Positions 9,112-18,231 of a stretch of DNA of 64,000 bases are shown here, piece after piece (within the stretch, counting starts at the first letter, position 1; the number at the start of each line of letters is the position of its first letter). Source of the DNA: a virus (lineage: Duplodnaviria > Caudoviricetes); the IMG/VR virus record IMGVR_UViG_3300034170_000057, one strand, 5' to 3'. Position numbers and translations under genes: made by a program. The notes below the pieces were generated by a model. The model was not told where the DNA came from. It did not search any database and worked only from the letters and a program-made list of their open reading frames with translations.

Positions 9112-9522
9112 ATGAAAACCGTAGCTGCTTTCCCTGCTTTCGACGTTATCGACCTTGAACAAGATGTAATCTGCATCGCCCGCGAACAGATGGACAATTT
9201 TACCGGCCTGAAATTCTGCGTTGCGAAAGAAACTCTGCGTCATGGCACCCTGTACCCGGAAGTTCGCCCGTACTGTGCTGCGTACTACGCGCAGGACTAC
9301 AACGAATGCCCGGTAGCTGCCGAAACGCGTTGCGACGACCTGAAGCATGAAAAATACTGGGTCGGCAATTGCGGCGCCATGATCACCAGCGAAAAGCGTA
9401 ACAAGGGCGTCCGGATCTTTTTGAAACCGGGCCAGAAAATCGAAATGAACGGCGTGCTTCTTGAGTTCTACCAGAAAGCGCCGCGTTCGGAACACTACGG
9501 CTTGAAACCCGTAGTCGCGTAA
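9112..9522 (+). CDS. hypothetical protein
   Basis: AAGGA RBS, 136 aa. Confidence 0.8.
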   Translation: MKTVAAFPAFDVIDLEQDVICIAREQMDNFTGLKFCVAKETLRHGTLYPEVRPYCAAYYAQDYNECPVAAETRCDDLKHEKYWVGNCGAMITSEKRNKGVRIFLKPGQKIEMNGVLLEFYQKAPRSEHYGLKPVVA

Positions 9523-9603
9523 ACAGTTAGTTGATTCTGCGCATCCGTGTGGTGCGCAGGCGTGACGAAACTGAAACAGCACTAATTAGCTACGAGGTAG
9601 ATC

Positions 9604-9843
9604 ATGTTCGACAATTTGAGATTTTCAATCGGCACGGTCGGTGACACAACTTACACCGGTATCGTGATCGAAGACGACGGCTTCATTGTGGAATACGATT
9701 TTGTGTTTCAGGATGAACCTGAAGCCCGTGATTTTTTCGGGGAAGTTTACTGGGCGCGTGTTACCGCCTACGCAAAACCAACGTTTGCAGTTCCGAACCC
9801 GGAATATGCAGAGGTCACACACTCCATAGGGGCGCGGTCATGA
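9604..9843 (+). CDS. acidic hypothetical protein
   Basis: GAGGT RBS, 79 aa. Confidence 0.75.
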   Translation: MFDNLRFSIGTVGDTTYTGIVIEDDGFIVEYDFVFQDEPEARDFFGEVYWARVTAYAKPTFAVPNPEYAEVTHSIGARS

Positions 9844-10343
9844 CAGCTAATCGTAAGAAAACCGAAACCCTGCATATGCGCCTGAATTTCCGCCATAAGC
9901 TGTATCTGGTCGCACTCGCAAACGTGCAAGAAACCACGGCGTCTAGTTACGTGGAAACGCTGCTGGATAATTTGGCAGCTAAGCAGACCGTGGACGGTTG
10001 CCTCGGCACGCTGACGATTAAAGACGCCGTGGATATTGCGATAATCAAAGGCTCGCCAGCCATGACCGCACTGCGCACGTTTTATATCGCGCCTCAAATT
10101 CTAAGCCCGTCTGATATGGCAATGCAGCGTGCCCTAGAATGCAACATGGATTATTTCGGCGGCACTGACGAAATTCTAACAGCGGATGAAATTGGAACGG
10201 GCCAGCGCCCACCGTCTGTAAACGCCGCGTTGCTTGCGGACCATCTTGAGGTTTTGCAGGAATACGCAAACTTCGCAAAATCGAACCCGCATATGGTTAT
10301 GTCCTACGTCGATTATCGCCGTTGCACTGGCCGCTCTGAATAA
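9840..10343 (+). CDS. putative ribbon-helix-helix domain protein
   Basis: N-terminal TETLHMRLNFRHKLYLVALANVQETTASSYVETLL fits the RHH/CopG strand-helix-helix pattern. Confidence 0.55.
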   Translation: MTANRKKTETLHMRLNFRHKLYLVALANVQETTASSYVETLLDNLAAKQTVDGCLGTLTIKDAVDIAIIKGSPAMTALRTFYIAPQILSPSDMAMQRALECNMDYFGGTDEILTADEIGTGQRPPSVNAALLADHLEVLQEYANFAKSNPHMVMSYVDYRRCTGRSE

Positions 10344-10353
10344 GGATCACGTG

Positions 10354-10740
10354 ATGCAAACTTTTATGAGTTGGTTTCCGCACTGGTATATCGGCGCCTG
10401 CTTTATGTTGGGTTTCGTGATTCTGCCGATCATGGTTTTTCTGGCGTCTCGCCCGTTGCTCATTGGTTTGAGTTACGGCCTTTGGGAAACCGTGTGCTGG
10501 TACAAGTGCGGCCTGCCGATGTGGAAAGTTTTCCGGCGCCTTTTTATTGCGGTGCTGTGGGATACTTTCACATGGCGCCTTATCAACAGCTACACGGAAA
10601 ACGTGAGCCACAACGAAGGGAGCTGGAGCGGCATTTTCCGCTGGAGTTTCCGAAAAACATTTACCCGCGCTGCTGGCAAGAAATTTATTGCACAGCAAGC
10701 GGCGGCAAAACGTAAAGCAGCTATGGACGCAGACGTATGA
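10354..10740 (+). CDS. membrane protein
   Basis: AAGGA RBS; TM segment WYIGACFMLGFVILPIMVFLA. Confidence 0.75.
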   Translation: MQTFMSWFPHWYIGACFMLGFVILPIMVFLASRPLLIGLSYGLWETVCWYKCGLPMWKVFRRLFIAVLWDTFTWRLINSYTENVSHNEGSWSGIFRWSFRKTFTRAAGKKFIAQQAAAKRKAAMDADV

Positions 10741-10976
10741 AACCTCGTGAACCTTTGTGGTCCCTGAAAGATTTGGCAGGCCACGCAAAAGTTACGGAAA
10801 GCGCACTAACACAGCGCTCTAAGAAACATCCCATTCCGCCCGCGTTTAATCAGGAAGACGGGCGTATTGATTCACGGTTCGGCTCTGTGGCAATCGCAGG
10901 CCGTTATCGCCGGTCGGCAATTCTGGAGTGGTTCAACACGCAGGATGCGGCAACCCCGTTTAAACGGAAGGCATAA
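10737..10976 (+). CDS. AlpA/excisionase-like HTH protein
   Basis: LWSLKDLAGHAKVTESALTQR...IPP...RYRRSAILEWF. Confidence 0.6.
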   Translation: MKPREPLWSLKDLAGHAKVTESALTQRSKKHPIPPAFNQEDGRIDSRFGSVAIAGRYRRSAILEWFNTQDAATPFKRKA

Positions 10977-10979
10977 GCC

Positions 10980-11174
10980 ATGTACAAGACTGATTACAAA
11001 ACCGATCCTGATTTTGTTGCGGATCAGGATATTCACGGTGCTATTCAGTGGGCGAGATATTCGCAGCGGCATTTTATACAGGCCATGCGTCATGGTTTTC
11101 TCATGGCGGCGTATGAATACAAAGTAGATCGCGACACGTTTATGCAGCGTGCGCGAAACTGTAAATCTAAATAA
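10980..11174 (+). CDS. hypothetical protein
   Basis: GGAAGG RBS, 64 aa. Confidence 0.65.
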   Translation: MYKTDYKTDPDFVADQDIHGAIQWARYSQRHFIQAMRHGFLMAAYEYKVDRDTFMQRARNCKSK

Positions 11175-11186
11175 GGGAATTAAATC

Positions 11187-11663
11187 ATGACCACTCTCAA
11201 CACGATCAAGAAAGGCCCGTTCAAAGGCATGGTGCTGATTGTAAACGACCACATTAAATCGAAGGCTGTCCTGTGGCCGCACGAAGCCGCCATGGAAATT
11301 GAAAAGGGCGCCCGCGTAGTCGAGGAAAAAGAATGGGATGCTTTCAAAACGCAATCCATGATCGACCGGGATACAAAGGCCGTCGCGCCTATTGAAGCGG
11401 AGCCCGTCGCGCCTATTGTTGAGGGGCCAGATTTTTCGATTCTGGATTTGCCCGGTACGCGCCGCGTTGTGAAAGTGCAAGTCTCTGAAAAATTCTACGC
11501 GGAGACACGGGAATTCGAAAGCGGCTGGGGTAACAAGCGCGATGACCTGCTGGAATTCGACACGGCGGAAGAACGGGATGCGTGGTGCAAAGCCTACAAC
11601 CTGAAACACAACAGTGAAGCCGCCACGCCAGCGTGGTACATAAAAGCCTTCGTGTTGAATTAA
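11187..11663 (+). CDS. hypothetical protein with short VAPI repeat
   Basis: AAGGGA RBS; ccgtcgcgcctattg at 11380 and 11404. Confidence 0.8.
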   Translation: MTTLNTIKKGPFKGMVLIVNDHIKSKAVLWPHEAAMEIEKGARVVEEKEWDAFKTQSMIDRDTKAVAPIEAEPVAPIVEGPDFSILDLPGTRRVVKVQVSEKFYAETREFESGWGNKRDDLLEFDTAEERDAWCKAYNLKHNSEAATPAWYIKAFVLN

Positions 11664-11734
11664 TCACTGCTGCACATTCTGAGGTCTAGAGTGTGCAACG
11701 GGATAAACTCCAATCACAAACGAGGAAGTGAAAG

Positions 11735-12418
11735 ATGACCGAGATTATTTATCTGATTTTAGAAGTGCTGGGGGTTGCATCCCTGCTTTATGTTTTCGTC
11801 AGATATGTGGTGCCATCGCTGCTGTGGTTATCGGCTGCCGTTTTCGGTTTCCGATGCCACCTGACGATTGCGAAACTGCACGGAATTGATACGGCGCCTA
11901 TTTGGGCAAGCGCGCCCCGGCATATTTTTCGTGCGTGGATGGAACATATGGATTACCACGTAACGCTGCGTGATCCTGATTTGTCGTATCACTACCGCAC
12001 CGGCACCCACAACAGCGTCACGAAGAATGAACCGTGGCTAGATCAATTGGCAACCGCACTTCGCCTCGGTCGCACGCTTATGCGCCTCGACGTTTTCAAG
12101 GATGGCGCGGACCTGCAAGTAAACGAAACGCTGAATTGTTCGATTGCGACGTTGCCTCCCGGCCTTTTGGGTAGGGATGGTTTTTACCGCGTGCTGTTTC
12201 TGTATCCGGAATCGCCGGTTATGGAATCGGTGATCGGCCTCGACCTCGTGCGTATGTTCAAAACAATTAAATACTACATGCCCGGACTGGACTATGTGGT
12301 GGTGGTAAACCCACGCCAGTTGATCGACGGTAAACACAACCTGATCGAATATCTGTCTGCCACTAACGGCATATGGATCGGCTGTGACCATCTGGCTTTT
12401 GAAATACCCAAGGACTGA
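11735..12418 (+). CDS. membrane-anchored hypothetical protein
   Basis: GAGGAAG RBS; N-terminal TM segments. Confidence 0.75.
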   Translation: MTEIIYLILEVLGVASLLYVFVRYVVPSLLWLSAAVFGFRCHLTIAKLHGIDTAPIWASAPRHIFRAWMEHMDYHVTLRDPDLSYHYRTGTHNSVTKNEPWLDQLATALRLGRTLMRLDVFKDGADLQVNETLNCSIATLPPGLLGRDGFYRVLFLYPESPVMESVIGLDLVRMFKTIKYYMPGLDYVVVVNPRQLIDGKHNLIEYLSATNGIWIGCDHLAFEIPKD

Positions 12419-12435
12419 CTGCCGTTGAGGCGAAG

Positions 12436-12567
12436 GCGCTCGCTGTTGCTGGTGCGTCCCACGACATAGGCAACGTTCTAACGGGCCTCGGTGAACGTGA
12501 GGGGCTGTTTCTGCAATGGGCACAGGGTCGCAGAGGCTTGAAGTTGAAACGTTGCTGTAGCGAGTGC
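12436..12567 (+). ncRNA. candidate branched structured RNA (unassigned)
   Basis: Nested helices 12436-12446/12557-12567, 12470-12477/12548-12555, 12507-12514/12530-12537 and 12486-12489/12499-12502 in a gene-free gap that ends in a terminator. Confidence 0.45.
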
Positions 12568-12570
12568 AAG

Positions 12571-12598
12571 CGGCCCCTGTAGGGGCTGTTTTCGTTTG
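12571..12598 (+). terminator. intrinsic terminator
   Basis: cggcccc-tgta-ggggctg followed by ttttcgttt. Confidence 0.7.
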
Positions 12599-12688
12599 TT
12601 GACCGTTCGTCAGTCGATAGGTACAATGAAAACCAGTCGGGCAAGTTGCGCCCACGATTCACCCACTCACGCAATAAGGGAAGTTAGA
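12599..12688 (+). promoter_or_regulatory. sigma70-like promoter plus conserved leader (copy 4)
   Basis: TTGACC(12599)-N17-TACAAT(12622); hairpin gggc/gccc 12639-12653; CACTCAC 12664; GGAAGTT 12679. Confidence 0.8.
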
Positions 12689-13153
12689 ATGAACAGCCTA
12701 AATGCTTTGCCATCCCTGCAATTCAATATCGCCACCTGCGCAGAATCCACCGAACTGCGCGTGCAGTTGCAGGACGGTTTAGTTACCGAAACCGAATTCC
12801 TCAAAAAGCTGATCGACCTTGCAACGCGTCACCGCGTGTTGCCGGTTGCAGTGCTGGCACAATTTGCAGACGGTGCTTTTCCTTACGGCGTTGCTGTAGG
12901 GAGTTACGAAAGTGACGGCAGTGAAAATTGCAAATACTGCGACGACTTCGCCAGCCTACGGGATGCGATTGTGGCGTGGGGGCATTATTCGCCGGGTGCG
13001 GCATGGGCGCGGTTAGAACATCGCGTAGACAATTTTGTGTACGGCCTTGACCCTTACAAAATTCGTAAGGCCAAAAAGGTTGTAGACGACAACGGCGAAG
13101 CGCGCACGCTGTACATGATGTGCGATGCCAACGGCAACTTTCTGGAGAATTGA
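12689..13153 (+). CDS. hypothetical protein
   Basis: Start moved to ATG 12689, after the leader. Confidence 0.8.
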   Translation: MNSLNALPSLQFNIATCAESTELRVQLQDGLVTETEFLKKLIDLATRHRVLPVAVLAQFADGAFPYGVAVGSYESDGSENCKYCDDFASLRDAIVAWGHYSPGAAWARLEHRVDNFVYGLDPYKIRKAKKVVDDNGEARTLYMMCDANGNFLEN

Positions 13154-13155
13154 GA

Positions 13156-13353
13156 ATGTCCGACAAGGCAATGGAAGACGCAATCGCGGAAGCAGAGCGC
13201 AACGGTAGCAGCCGCGTGAAAATTCCCCAAGACGGGAAACCGCGCTGCCGGAACTGCGGATACGTTACCAGCGAGCGGGGGCCATTCAATGAGCCTCTGC
13301 ACTCTGCCTGCTGGGCGGAAGAGGACGAAGCCATAGACGCCCTTTCAACGTAA
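13156..13353 (+). CDS. small putative Zn-finger protein
   Basis: GGAGA RBS; CRNC...HSAC. Confidence 0.65.
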   Translation: MSDKAMEDAIAEAERNGSSRVKIPQDGKPRCRNCGYVTSERGPFNEPLHSACWAEEDEAIDALST

Positions 13354-13374
13354 CCGGCACCACGCCAAGACAAG

Positions 13375-13430
13375 CCCGCCCTGTGCGGGTTTTGTCCGTA
13401 GTAAAACAAATCGACCTTTATCAAGGAATT
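13375..13430 (+). repeat. intergenic cassette copy 2 (hairpin plus RBS)
   Basis: cccgccctgtgcggg-ttttgtccgtagt...cctttatcaaggaatt; matches 343-389. Confidence 0.75.
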
Positions 13431-13435
13431 GCATC

Positions 13436-14674
13436 ATGTCCAAGAACAAAGAAGTTACCGCCGCACAACAGAACGCTATCCGTCTGATCATCACAGAGCA
13501 AATGGGACTGAAACGCGGGCACCCGATTTGTTCCACCGCTTCGATTGAACACTCCCTGAAAATCGACGATTTGGATCTGGACGAAATCGTCATGAACATG
13601 GAAGAGGAATTCGAAATCGCAATTCCAAACCATGTAGTTAAAAAATGGAACATCGTCTCGGATATGGAACAGTTCATCGCGAACAAAGCGCCGAAGGATT
13701 ACGGGAGTTCGTTCCGGGTTGCACAGCCGAAGAAAATGGCTGTGAAGAAATCCACGGCTGTTGCGCAGCCTGCGAAGTTCCTGAATGGCCGTTCGCACAA
13801 CCTCATGCAGGTTATGGACGAACTTGAGAAAAAGTTGAAGCCTACGAAAGCCACGCAGGGTTTCACAATGCGCAGCGAAGGCACCAGCACCATCGCCTGT
13901 TACGCGGCTGACCCTTCGGTGCCGTTTGCGCGTGCTGTGGTATCGGTAAGCGAAGGCTTTAACGGGTTCCGTTTGTACGTCGGCAAAATGCTGGTGATCG
14001 AACACAACATCGGTTCCGAATCGCACATTCTGGAATTGTGTGAGTTGGCGCGCCATGCGGGCGCATCCATGCCGGTAAGTCTCGACGACTGGATGATTAA
14101 CGTAATCGTGCGTTACGTATCGTGTGTGAAGAAAACGCTGCGATATATGCAGCACCTGAGCAATCACAAAGACGCCATGCAGCAGTTGTATAATTTGCAA
14201 AACACGTTCGAATTAAAAATCTCGACACGGGTTTTCGATTTCTACGCTGGCGACCACCTTCTGGAAAATTGTTCGGCGGATGTGCTGCGCGTGTTTACCG
14301 AAATGCTGGAATCGGTTCACACCAAAGACGGCGTTGGCTACACATACGGTTCTTCGTTCCGTGAGGGTGACGACGAAGACGACGATGGCGAAGACGAATT
14401 CCCATCCGAAACTATTATCGTCGAGGACGAAGACGAAATCGTGGATTTGCTGGCTGCCGTTTCTACGCCCGGTCTGGTCGCCATTTTCAACCACATCGCG
14501 AATCTAGGCATGGGCGATTTTGACAATTCCGAAGTTTACGAATTGTCGGGTATTAAACGCCGGATCGAAATCATCCACGAACTCTGCGACAACCTGCACA
14601 TGGCGGCGCTGGTGGAATGCGCACAGGCCGTCGATTTGAAACCGGGTGACGCGGCAATTTTTGCCGGGAGATAA
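13436..14674 (+). CDS. multidomain protein with N-terminal ACP-like domain (Ser to Asp) and acidic tract
   Basis: IITEQMGLK...ASIEHSLKIDDLDLDEIVMNMEEEFEIAIP aligns with ACP IIGEQLGVK...[30 protein letters not shown]. Confidence 0.8.
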   Translation: MSKNKEVTAAQQNAIRLIITEQMGLKRGHPICSTASIEHSLKIDDLDLDEIVMNMEEEFEIAIPNHVVKKWNIVSDMEQFIANKAPKDYGSSFRVAQPKKMAVKKSTAVAQPAKFLNGRSHNLMQVMDELEKKLKPTKATQGFTMRSEGTSTIACYAADPSVPFARAVVSVSEGFNGFRLYVGKMLVIEHNIGSESHILELCELARHAGASMPVSLDDWMINVIVRYVSCVKKTLRYMQHLSNHKDAMQQLYNLQNTFELKISTRVFDFYAGDHLLENCSADVLRVFTEMLESVHTKDGVGYTYGSSFREGDDEDDDGEDEFPSETIIVEDEDEIVDLLAAVSTPGLVAIFNHIANLGMGDFDNSEVYELSGIKRRIEIIHELCDNLHMAALVECAQAVDLKPGDAAIFAGR

Positions 14675-14677
14675 AAA

Positions 14678-14875
14678 ATGGTTAAGGTAGTTTCTGCACC
14701 GCCCCTGCTTTTTCGTTGCACCAGTTGCGGTGCGACGTGTGAGGGTGAAGAAAAAGATTTCAAAGAGCAGCACACAATGCCGCCGACGTGGAAAGTCAAA
14801 TGCGGTTATTGCAACCTGACAAATACCGTCAGCCCTTCGGCGCTGATTTCAAGACTGGTCGGCACACGCTTTTAA
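14678..14875 (+). CDS. Zn-ribbon protein
   Basis: CTSC and CGYC pairs in 65 aa. Confidence 0.75.
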   Translation: MVKVVSAPPLLFRCTSCGATCEGEEKDFKEQHTMPPTWKVKCGYCNLTNTVSPSALISRLVGTRF

Positions 14876-14890
14876 TCGAGGAAGTAAAAG

Positions 14891-15466
14891 ATGGATAAGT
14901 TGAAACTTGCAAAATGGATTCGTGACGCAATGGCCGCCCGCGAAAATTCATTCGATACGGTGGCGTCTGCACAGGCGCAGGAAAACGCCTACCGTGAACG
15001 GGAATTGATGGTCGCGGCTGGCGATAAACATGCCTACATGTACGGCATTGTCGATCACGCCAAGTTCTACCGCATGACCCAACGTGAAGCGGTCGAAAGC
15101 GTGGTTCCTGCGGAGTTCGTGGAACCTGTTTATCTGCTGCTGGTGACAGCGTGGAACGATATCCAAGGCTGGTGTGACGATGTGGAAGGGATCGTGCGCC
15201 CTGCGCGTTCCTACGCGGTCACAGGCACAGAAGCCGATAGTGACTCTCACGTAATGGGCGGCGACTACAACTTCGAAACCACGTTCGATCCGGGTACGCC
15301 TGACGAAAAGAAATGTCAGACGCAGGTATGGGCACCGAACATGCTCCACGCCGCTTTCCAAGTCGGCCAACTGTTCGCGGAAAAGTTCGCGACTGATTTC
15401 ACCGTGGTTCCTATCCAGCCAGTGATTCTGAAACTGGAAAAGGTGGGCGAAGCTGAAGCCACGTAA
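14891..15466 (+). CDS. hypothetical protein
   Basis: GAGGAAG RBS, 191 aa. Confidence 0.8.
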   Translation: MDKLKLAKWIRDAMAARENSFDTVASAQAQENAYRERELMVAAGDKHAYMYGIVDHAKFYRMTQREAVESVVPAEFVEPVYLLLVTAWNDIQGWCDDVEGIVRPARSYAVTGTEADSDSHVMGGDYNFETTFDPGTPDEKKCQTQVWAPNMLHAAFQVGQLFAEKFATDFTVVPIQPVILKLEKVGEAEAT

Positions 15467-15550
15467 TTAACCTGACCCACTTTAATGCACATTCGTTGAG
15501 TGTGCATTGCAGATAAATCAGCATTCTCCTAACCGTAAAGGATACCCGAA

Positions 15551-16378
15551 ATGAGACAGACCGAAGTCCGTGCTAAATTCCCCGACCACAAATTGGTTTT
15601 CTCCGTCGCCAAAGCCCGTGCGTTTGAAAATCGAACGCTGTCGATTTACGTGAAGGGCACCAACGAATTCGTGGCGACCATCGAACAGCGGTCTGAAAAA
15701 GCTGTGGCGATGATCGTGCGACCGGGCCGGGGTAAAACTGCTTTGGCGAAATTCGTAGCGTTCGCGGAAGTGGGCAGCTACAAAAACGTGCATGAAGTTG
15801 AAAAGGCGATGAACGCCGAGCGTAAATTCGACGGCCTCGGAAATGTCGAGTGGGAAGACGCCCGCAAACAGTTCGTCAAAATGCAGGATCAGGATTTCGA
15901 CACGCTTATCAAAATGCTGGCTGTTTATTTCGGCGTGCTGGAAAATCGCAACAACGGCTATTCTAGTGAGCATTTCCAGTACCTGACTGCACAAGGTAAG
16001 ACGCTGTACCGTAATGCCGTGCAGATTGCTTCTGGCGCTACCTACGACACCGGCACAAAGGTTCCTGCGTTCCCCGGTAACGGCGGGCCGTTGCGTGAAC
16101 TGGCAATGTCTCCCGATGATCTGGCTAAGGCTTCCAAGCTGCTGCAAACGTCGCCAGTGGCACAGGTTGCACAAACCATTGCCGAGGGTAAGCAGAAACG
16201 TGAAGACCTCGACAAACGCACCGTGTGGGGCGCTGAAGACGACGCGATTTTCGAAATGGTCCAAGCCGATCACAAAATCCTATCTGATCGTCTGGCTGTT
16301 CTGTATTCCGCACGCGGCAGTAAAATCTCGATTCCGGAATTTGATCGTATCCGGAAAGCAAAAAAGGAAGCGCAATAA
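15551..16378 (+). CDS. hypothetical protein
   Basis: AAGGA RBS, 275 aa, biased codons. Confidence 0.85.
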   Translation: MRQTEVRAKFPDHKLVFSVAKARAFENRTLSIYVKGTNEFVATIEQRSEKAVAMIVRPGRGKTALAKFVAFAEVGSYKNVHEVEKAMNAERKFDGLGNVEWEDARKQFVKMQDQDFDTLIKMLAVYFGVLENRNNGYSSEHFQYLTAQGKTLYRNAVQIASGATYDTGTKVPAFPGNGGPLRELAMSPDDLAKASKLLQTSPVAQVAQTIAEGKQKREDLDKRTVWGAEDDAIFEMVQADHKILSDRLAVLYSARGSKISIPEFDRIRKAKKEAQ

Positions 16379-16875
16379 TGCCTAAATCATCATCGTTCAT
16401 TATCAAGACGCGGCAGACCAACGGAATTACGGAACAGTTCGCCCGGTTAGTCGGGTATGAGCCGTACCCGGATGGCCGGTTTCTACAGGTTGGCGACAAC
16501 GGCGTTAAATGCCTGTACCGGCCCCTGATTGACGAAAACGGTTACGAAGGTGTGTGCCCCGTCGAATTCAATCCGTATGAAAACGGCAGCGATGCAATGC
16601 AGGTCGCCGCGTATTTGCGTGCATTTATTTGCGTGAGTGCTGACGGAAAACAAGTCAGCGTGGCAACCAACGATTTCGAAGCGGTTGCAGATTTGCCACA
16701 AAACAAGTCGTACATGCAACAGCATGCGAAAATCATGCGCGATACGATCATGGCCGTGGCTGCAATGTACGTGAAGAAACATTTCGACATTGACCCGCCA
16801 GTAAATACAACGACGCGTTCGGAAACCCACGAACCCACCGCCGCCCCTCACGTAAAGACCTACATCAAGGAATAA
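16378..16875 (+). CDS. phage protein with FNP-x-E-x-x-S-D-A motif (NinX/DUF2591-like, tentative)
   Basis: EFNPYENGSDAMQVAAYL resembles the WNPLxDDGDALRLA phage motif. Confidence 0.55.
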   Translation: MPKSSSFIIKTRQTNGITEQFARLVGYEPYPDGRFLQVGDNGVKCLYRPLIDENGYEGVCPVEFNPYENGSDAMQVAAYLRAFICVSADGKQVSVATNDFEAVADLPQNKSYMQQHAKIMRDTIMAVAAMYVKKHFDIDPPVNTTTRSETHEPTAAPHVKTYIKE

Positions 16876-16880
16876 TCAAA

Positions 16881-17207
16881 ATGATGTTGTCGTGCAATAA
16901 AGTCAGCCGCGATCTTTCTGCGTGGACCCCTGAACAATTTTCGTTGGTGCAGAAATTCGCCCCGGCCAATCACCCGCTGATGTTTCCTGTGGACGAAAAG
17001 CCGATTTATTTGACGCTGGATAAATGCGTCGATCAGTTGAGCGATATTCACATCCGCATTATTCGTGATTTCGATTTTCGCGATCAGCTATCGGAACGTG
17101 TGCAACTGCACCAAGCTGGTTTGCTTGTAATGATCCTAATGGACCTGCTGATGCGTAGTGGCATTGCAGGAACCGAAACCCTGACATGGGACTACGGCGA
17201 TGAGTAA
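16881..17207 (+). CDS. hypothetical protein
   Basis: AAGGA RBS, 108 aa. Confidence 0.7.
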   Translation: MMLSCNKVSRDLSAWTPEQFSLVQKFAPANHPLMFPVDEKPIYLTLDKCVDQLSDIHIRIIRDFDFRDQLSERVQLHQAGLLVMILMDLLMRSGIAGTETLTWDYGDE

Positions 17208-18231
17208 AATTTACGTGGATCTTTCCATAGGCCAGACCACGCCAATCGGTAAGGCACTGGGGCACATCTGGTACAGCAACCGGGCTCTGCGTGATCTAGG
17301 GCCGGGTATCAGTGGCTATCCGCACAACGGCGGCGAGCATTCCATGAGCATTACAGGCACGCCTGACGACTGCTTAGCGTTCATGGATTTGATCGGGGAG
17401 AAATATCCGATTGCACGCGACGACATGAATTTGTTTTCGTCGCACGTGAAAGCAAATCCTGAAAAGAAAAGTTTCGAAGCGCGGCAATTCTTCAACGATT
17501 TGCTGCGTCTGGAAATGGCGATCAGTTGCCACACGATTGATCTTTCGTCGGGTGAACGGAATATGTTCGGGGCCAACGTCCTGCACATGTACGAAATCCG
17601 TAAAGACCTTATGGCGAAGGCGCCGAACCTGTGTGGTTATCCGCACCCTGAATACGGCTCGATGTTTATCCAAGGTACGGGCCTTGAACTGGATAAATTC
17701 CTCAACGAATTTTCCACCGTGTACGACGACGCACAAACCTGCGAAGCCTGTGATGATATGCAGCGTGCATTGCGTGAAGGCCAGCCGGTGATTCGCGCCT
17801 ACCGTTACCTGCACCCGGAGAAATATCAGCCGGTATTTCCAGACTCCTATATGTTCGGGAAATTCACGCAGGTTTATATGGTCGAGGAACAATTCTCTTT
17901 CGGCCACATGATTTCGGCGCGTGATTCGTTTATCGGTAAGGCCCTGTGGGAAGTGGTGGACGTTACCTACACGCCTAAAAACTTCACGGTGTATTTCGTG
18001 AATGATTTCGCCATGGCGTTTACCTACAAAGAAATCGGTTTCGAATACGGCGAAGAAACAGACTTCGCATCTGATTACTCGCCAGCGTCCCGGACAGCAC
18101 CGGAAGGCGAAGCGATGGTTAGATTGCAGCAGTGCATTCGTTCCTACGCCGACCGCTACGACGAAAAGTTGGCGTGGTTTGCCGAGCAGATTGCAAACGA
18201 TCCACGCTACGGAAAACAGGGGCAGAGCTAA
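17200..18231 (+). CDS. hypothetical protein with internal GYPH repeat
   Basis: GISGYPHNGGEHSMSITGT versus NLCGYPHPEYGSMFIQGT. Confidence 0.8.
   Translation: MSKIYVDLSIGQTTPIGKALGHIWYSNRALRDLGPGISGYPHNGGEHSMSITGTPDDCLAFMDLIGEKYPIARDDMNLFSSHVKANPEKKSFEARQFFNDLLRLEMAISCHTIDLSSGERNMFGANVLHMYEIRKDLMAKAPNLCGYPHPEYGSMFIQGTGLELDKFLNEFSTVYDDAQTCEACDDMQRALREGQPVIRAYRYLHPEKYQPVFPDSYMFGKFTQVYMVEEQFSFGHMISARDSFIGKALWEVVDVTYTPKNFTVYFVNDFAMAFTYKEIGFEYGEETDFASDYSPASRTAPEGEAMVRLQQCIRSYADRYDEKLAWFAEQIANDPRYGKQGQS

Noticed and set aside
12519-12537. c-di-GMP-I riboswitch resemblance (GCACAGGG...GCAGAGGC), also the CATTC/GAGTG stem at 40788
   Set aside because: The GGCAAA and GNRA/receptor elements are missing and the pieces do not occur together; the RNA also ends in a terminator rather than controlling a gene.
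12470-12555. Hammerhead ribozyme reading of the structured RNA (GAAAC pairing back to GU-U)
   Set aside because: No CUGANGA core lies in the required position.
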